Both the position numbers and the translations under genes were made by a program. Under the pieces are notes generated by a model. The model had not been told where the DNA came from, searched no databases, and saw nothing but the letters and a program-made list of their open reading frames with translations. Of a stretch of 64,000 nt of DNA, positions 61,214 to 64,000 are shown piece by piece. The first letter of the stretch is position 1, and the number at the start of each line of letters is the position of its first letter. The stretch is from Ptychomitrium polyphyllum (Eukaryota): NCBI GenBank assembly GCA_973851085.1, contig OZ316776.1, forward strand, positions 14,508,001-14,572,000, read 5' to 3'.

Positions 61214-64000
61214 TTATGATTCCTTATCACTGCCACTGCCGGCTGACCCTTCTGACCCTGACCCAGAGCCCAGGTCAAGCTCTTCATCAGAATCAATCGA
61301 ATTCACAAAATCATAATACGGAGATGCCTGTAAAAGCAGAGACAAACAGAATCAGCAACAGAGTAAACTTTGACAGAATCAGAGCTCCAGAAATCTCTTA
61401 TTAATTTGAAGGCAAAATCGTATGATCTAAACTCAACTCCTACAAGACTGTTTCAAGAAGAGATTACGATCAAAAAGAAATACTGGACTTTCGCCTTCTA
61501 AAAGATTAGACACATCCAGAATAACTCGTACCTTAGGACGAGGACGGACAGCTTCGAACTCAAAAAAATGAGGTTCAGAGAAATCCGGTGCCTCCAGCAC
61601 TATGTATGCACCCTTATTGTTGTAGCGATCCTCAGAAGCCTGTTCGAACCAAAGGAGGCACAGTCAATCTGGGTGTTGTCCATGGAACCAGTTTACTTGA
61701 CCAGTCTCTAGCCATTTCAATCAAGCATGTTCTCCGCAATGTGTGGCTTATTCTCTACAATTCGCAACCCCGAGTTTTTGCCTAACCCCTTCTAGCTAGT
61801 CAGAAAATCCCATGGCAATATGATCATACAGCATATCTAATGGTACAGTAAATAAAAAGACGTCTACCACAGCTACTTAGGTTGTGCACATAAATAGTCA
61901 CTTAGTAACCTACTTGGAATTGAGGATAATCAGGGGCGCTGAACAAGGTGATGAGCTTCCCAGCCTTCACTACATGATCGATTGTGTAGCCCTTACTCAT
62001 AGCTTCCATCTCTGGTCTCTTGTCCCTAGCATCAGGACCCTCGTGAGACCTTACTATCAACTGTATCCATAACCACAACACCTCGATTTATTGAAGGTTC
62101 CCTTTATGACTAAACTGCAAGCTACACAAGGTCTCCAATGAATATGAGCAGAAAAATAATGAAGCAAAAAACTAGAATGAGCTACAAAGCCATATGCATG
62201 ACAACTTATTCATTATCAGCAAAGATCTTTTTAAAAGTAGGAAAGTCACATTATGATTCAAAAAGAGAAAAACATGAATTGCTAGCATGTGATACTAGCG
62301 GCACTAAAAGAGCGTTCAGAACCTGGCTCTAAAGTGATTCAAATTTTACAACCTTCTAGCAACCTAGACATGAATTATCAGATAAAAAGACAGATTATGT
62401 AATAGGGTCAAAATGATGGGTACCTTCAGCTTGTGTTTTTCCATAAACTCCTGCGTGCAGTCAGGGCCAAACAATAGGCCTATTCCACGAGAATTGTTAT
62501 GAGAAAGCCCGTTCTTGGGTGAAGGGTCTGACCACAGTACGTCTCCAGAAACAACGTTTTGTCCGAATCCAGAAGGGTCTAGAACAATGCGTCTTGTCTT
62601 TTGTAAGTCATCCAAAGTTCCAAGTTTTAAGGTATTATCAGCCTGATTTCGTCCCGGAAGCAACCGCCTGTCGCCAGCATTGAAGATGTTGTTCAGACAA
62701 GCAAGCATGAAAAGACCTCTGTTGTGGATACGAACCACGAGCCCCCAACAAACGGTAAGAACTCACCTTGCCTACTTCACCAATTTGAGAAATAAAGATC
62801 ACCACAACTTACGAGGGCTCGTTTCCAAAGACCATACCTGTAGCTCTTGCCTTTTTGTTTTTTAGGGGGATCTTTCTCAACCTGTCGAAAGAGGCCACCA
62901 TGGGCCATGAACACACAACCAGCCACTCGGGCAGCAAGAGGATGTCCTTCAAAACAACCCAAACATTTGCGATACAAGTGCTTCGCTTGGTCGCCAAACT
63001 TCGACATAACTTCTTGCTCGAATCCATATGCAGTGGTACAAAATTTGGTCTCGTGGTTTCCCCGCAACATAAATACACGATGTGGTAATAAAAGCTGAAA
63101 GTTGATCAACGAACCCCTTAAATTGCAAACACATTCTCATAATACTCTTACTTACATGACACTGTAGAAGTTTCATATGCTAAGTTACACGACAACAGAA
63201 CAACTAAGCTTTGACTCTTTACATTGAAACTGAGAGCATGCGAAACCAATACCCACAGTATGGAACCAACAATACAATTATGTACTCGAAATTCTTTTTA
63301 AAATCAACGGCCACCAAATCTACTCATCCAAGGACTTCGACAGAGTAGAAGACGGTTGATTATCGTACCTTCCACGCTAGTAGATAGATGTAAGTTTCAA
63401 AGCCCCAGGCACCTCTGTCGACATAATCGCCATTGAACACAAATAAACGATTGGCAGAAGGGGGACCGGCGATTTCGAGAAGATGCAGCACGTCATGGAA
63501 CTGCCCATGAACATCTCCTACAAGTACTGCCTTACACGAAGAATCCACAAGTACTTCCACACAATTGGGCTCCCGATGCAAACACTTCAAGAACAATTTA
63601 GCTGGTCAGCAATGCTATCCCAGAACAAACATAGTAATTAAACTAAAGCACCAGTGCGTTAATGACTGTTATAGTTGCCTGATAAAGCCAACTAGCCAGC
63701 TCAATTGCCCAAGATGGACAATGCCAGACTTCCAAATTCCCAGAGATGCTCGGTTGTTCACTCATCACACAGGTTGAACCTAATAGGGTTTGATGTGAGC
63801 ATTTCTGATAGGGGATAGTTTTGAAGTTAGAACCAAAAAATGATTCTTTCTTCACAGGCAAGCGCTACGAGAGCTGGTGGCAGGGGATTCAAAACCAATA
63901 CCACAATTCTCTGCGACTCTAAATTCGAGTGAGTTAAGAGGCTAATGGTCGCGTCAAACAAAAGCCATAAACTCGAGATCCACCGCCGGTCGATAGTACT
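61214..64000 (-). CDS. PP7: serine/threonine protein phosphatase 7 (PPP family), 5' end uncertain or outside the window; exons ~63601-63369, 63094-62838, 62667-62424, 62060-61914, 61639-61532, 61327-61214
   Basis: GDVHGQ, GDYVDRG, LRGNHE, HGGL, DVLWSDP, RSHEGPDAR, SAPDYPQFQ and the PP7-type tail PYYDF...IDSDEELDL. Internal introns are GT-AG and in phase. Confidence 0.9.

Overview
This is eukaryotic land-plant nuclear DNA. It is probably a moss (Physcomitrium/Funariaceae-like), inferred from the LTR style, GC-rich genes between very AT-rich decayed transposon blocks, and intron style. Transposon content: the 3' part of a Ty1/copia element with four in-frame stops and its 3' LTR, a related solo LTR, decayed PIF/Harbinger and hAT transposase remnants, and a gypsy-type solo LTR nested inside another solo LTR. 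Genes I could reconstruct by splicing: two GLUTAMINE DUMPER-like membrane proteins, a BAHD acyltransferase, a 13-exon coiled-coil protein, CURT1, an Em/LEA_5 protein, a VQ-motif protein, an XRCC4-like/DUF3444 gene, an exostosin GT47 pseudogene, an intronless PLATZ gene and PP7 phosphatase (runs off the window). Three observations stand out. (1) A predicted 714-aa fusion of an XRCC4-like head/coiled coil to DUF3444. (2) A ~1138-aa protein joining a His-to-Tyr HNH-like motif to a telobox-type Myb domain. (3) A ~260-bp, ~94% identical, hairpin-forming element shared in sense orientation by CURT1 intron 1 and the upstream region of the XRCC4-like gene, flanked by much more diverged homology. All family calls come from motif recognition by eye; no database search was run.
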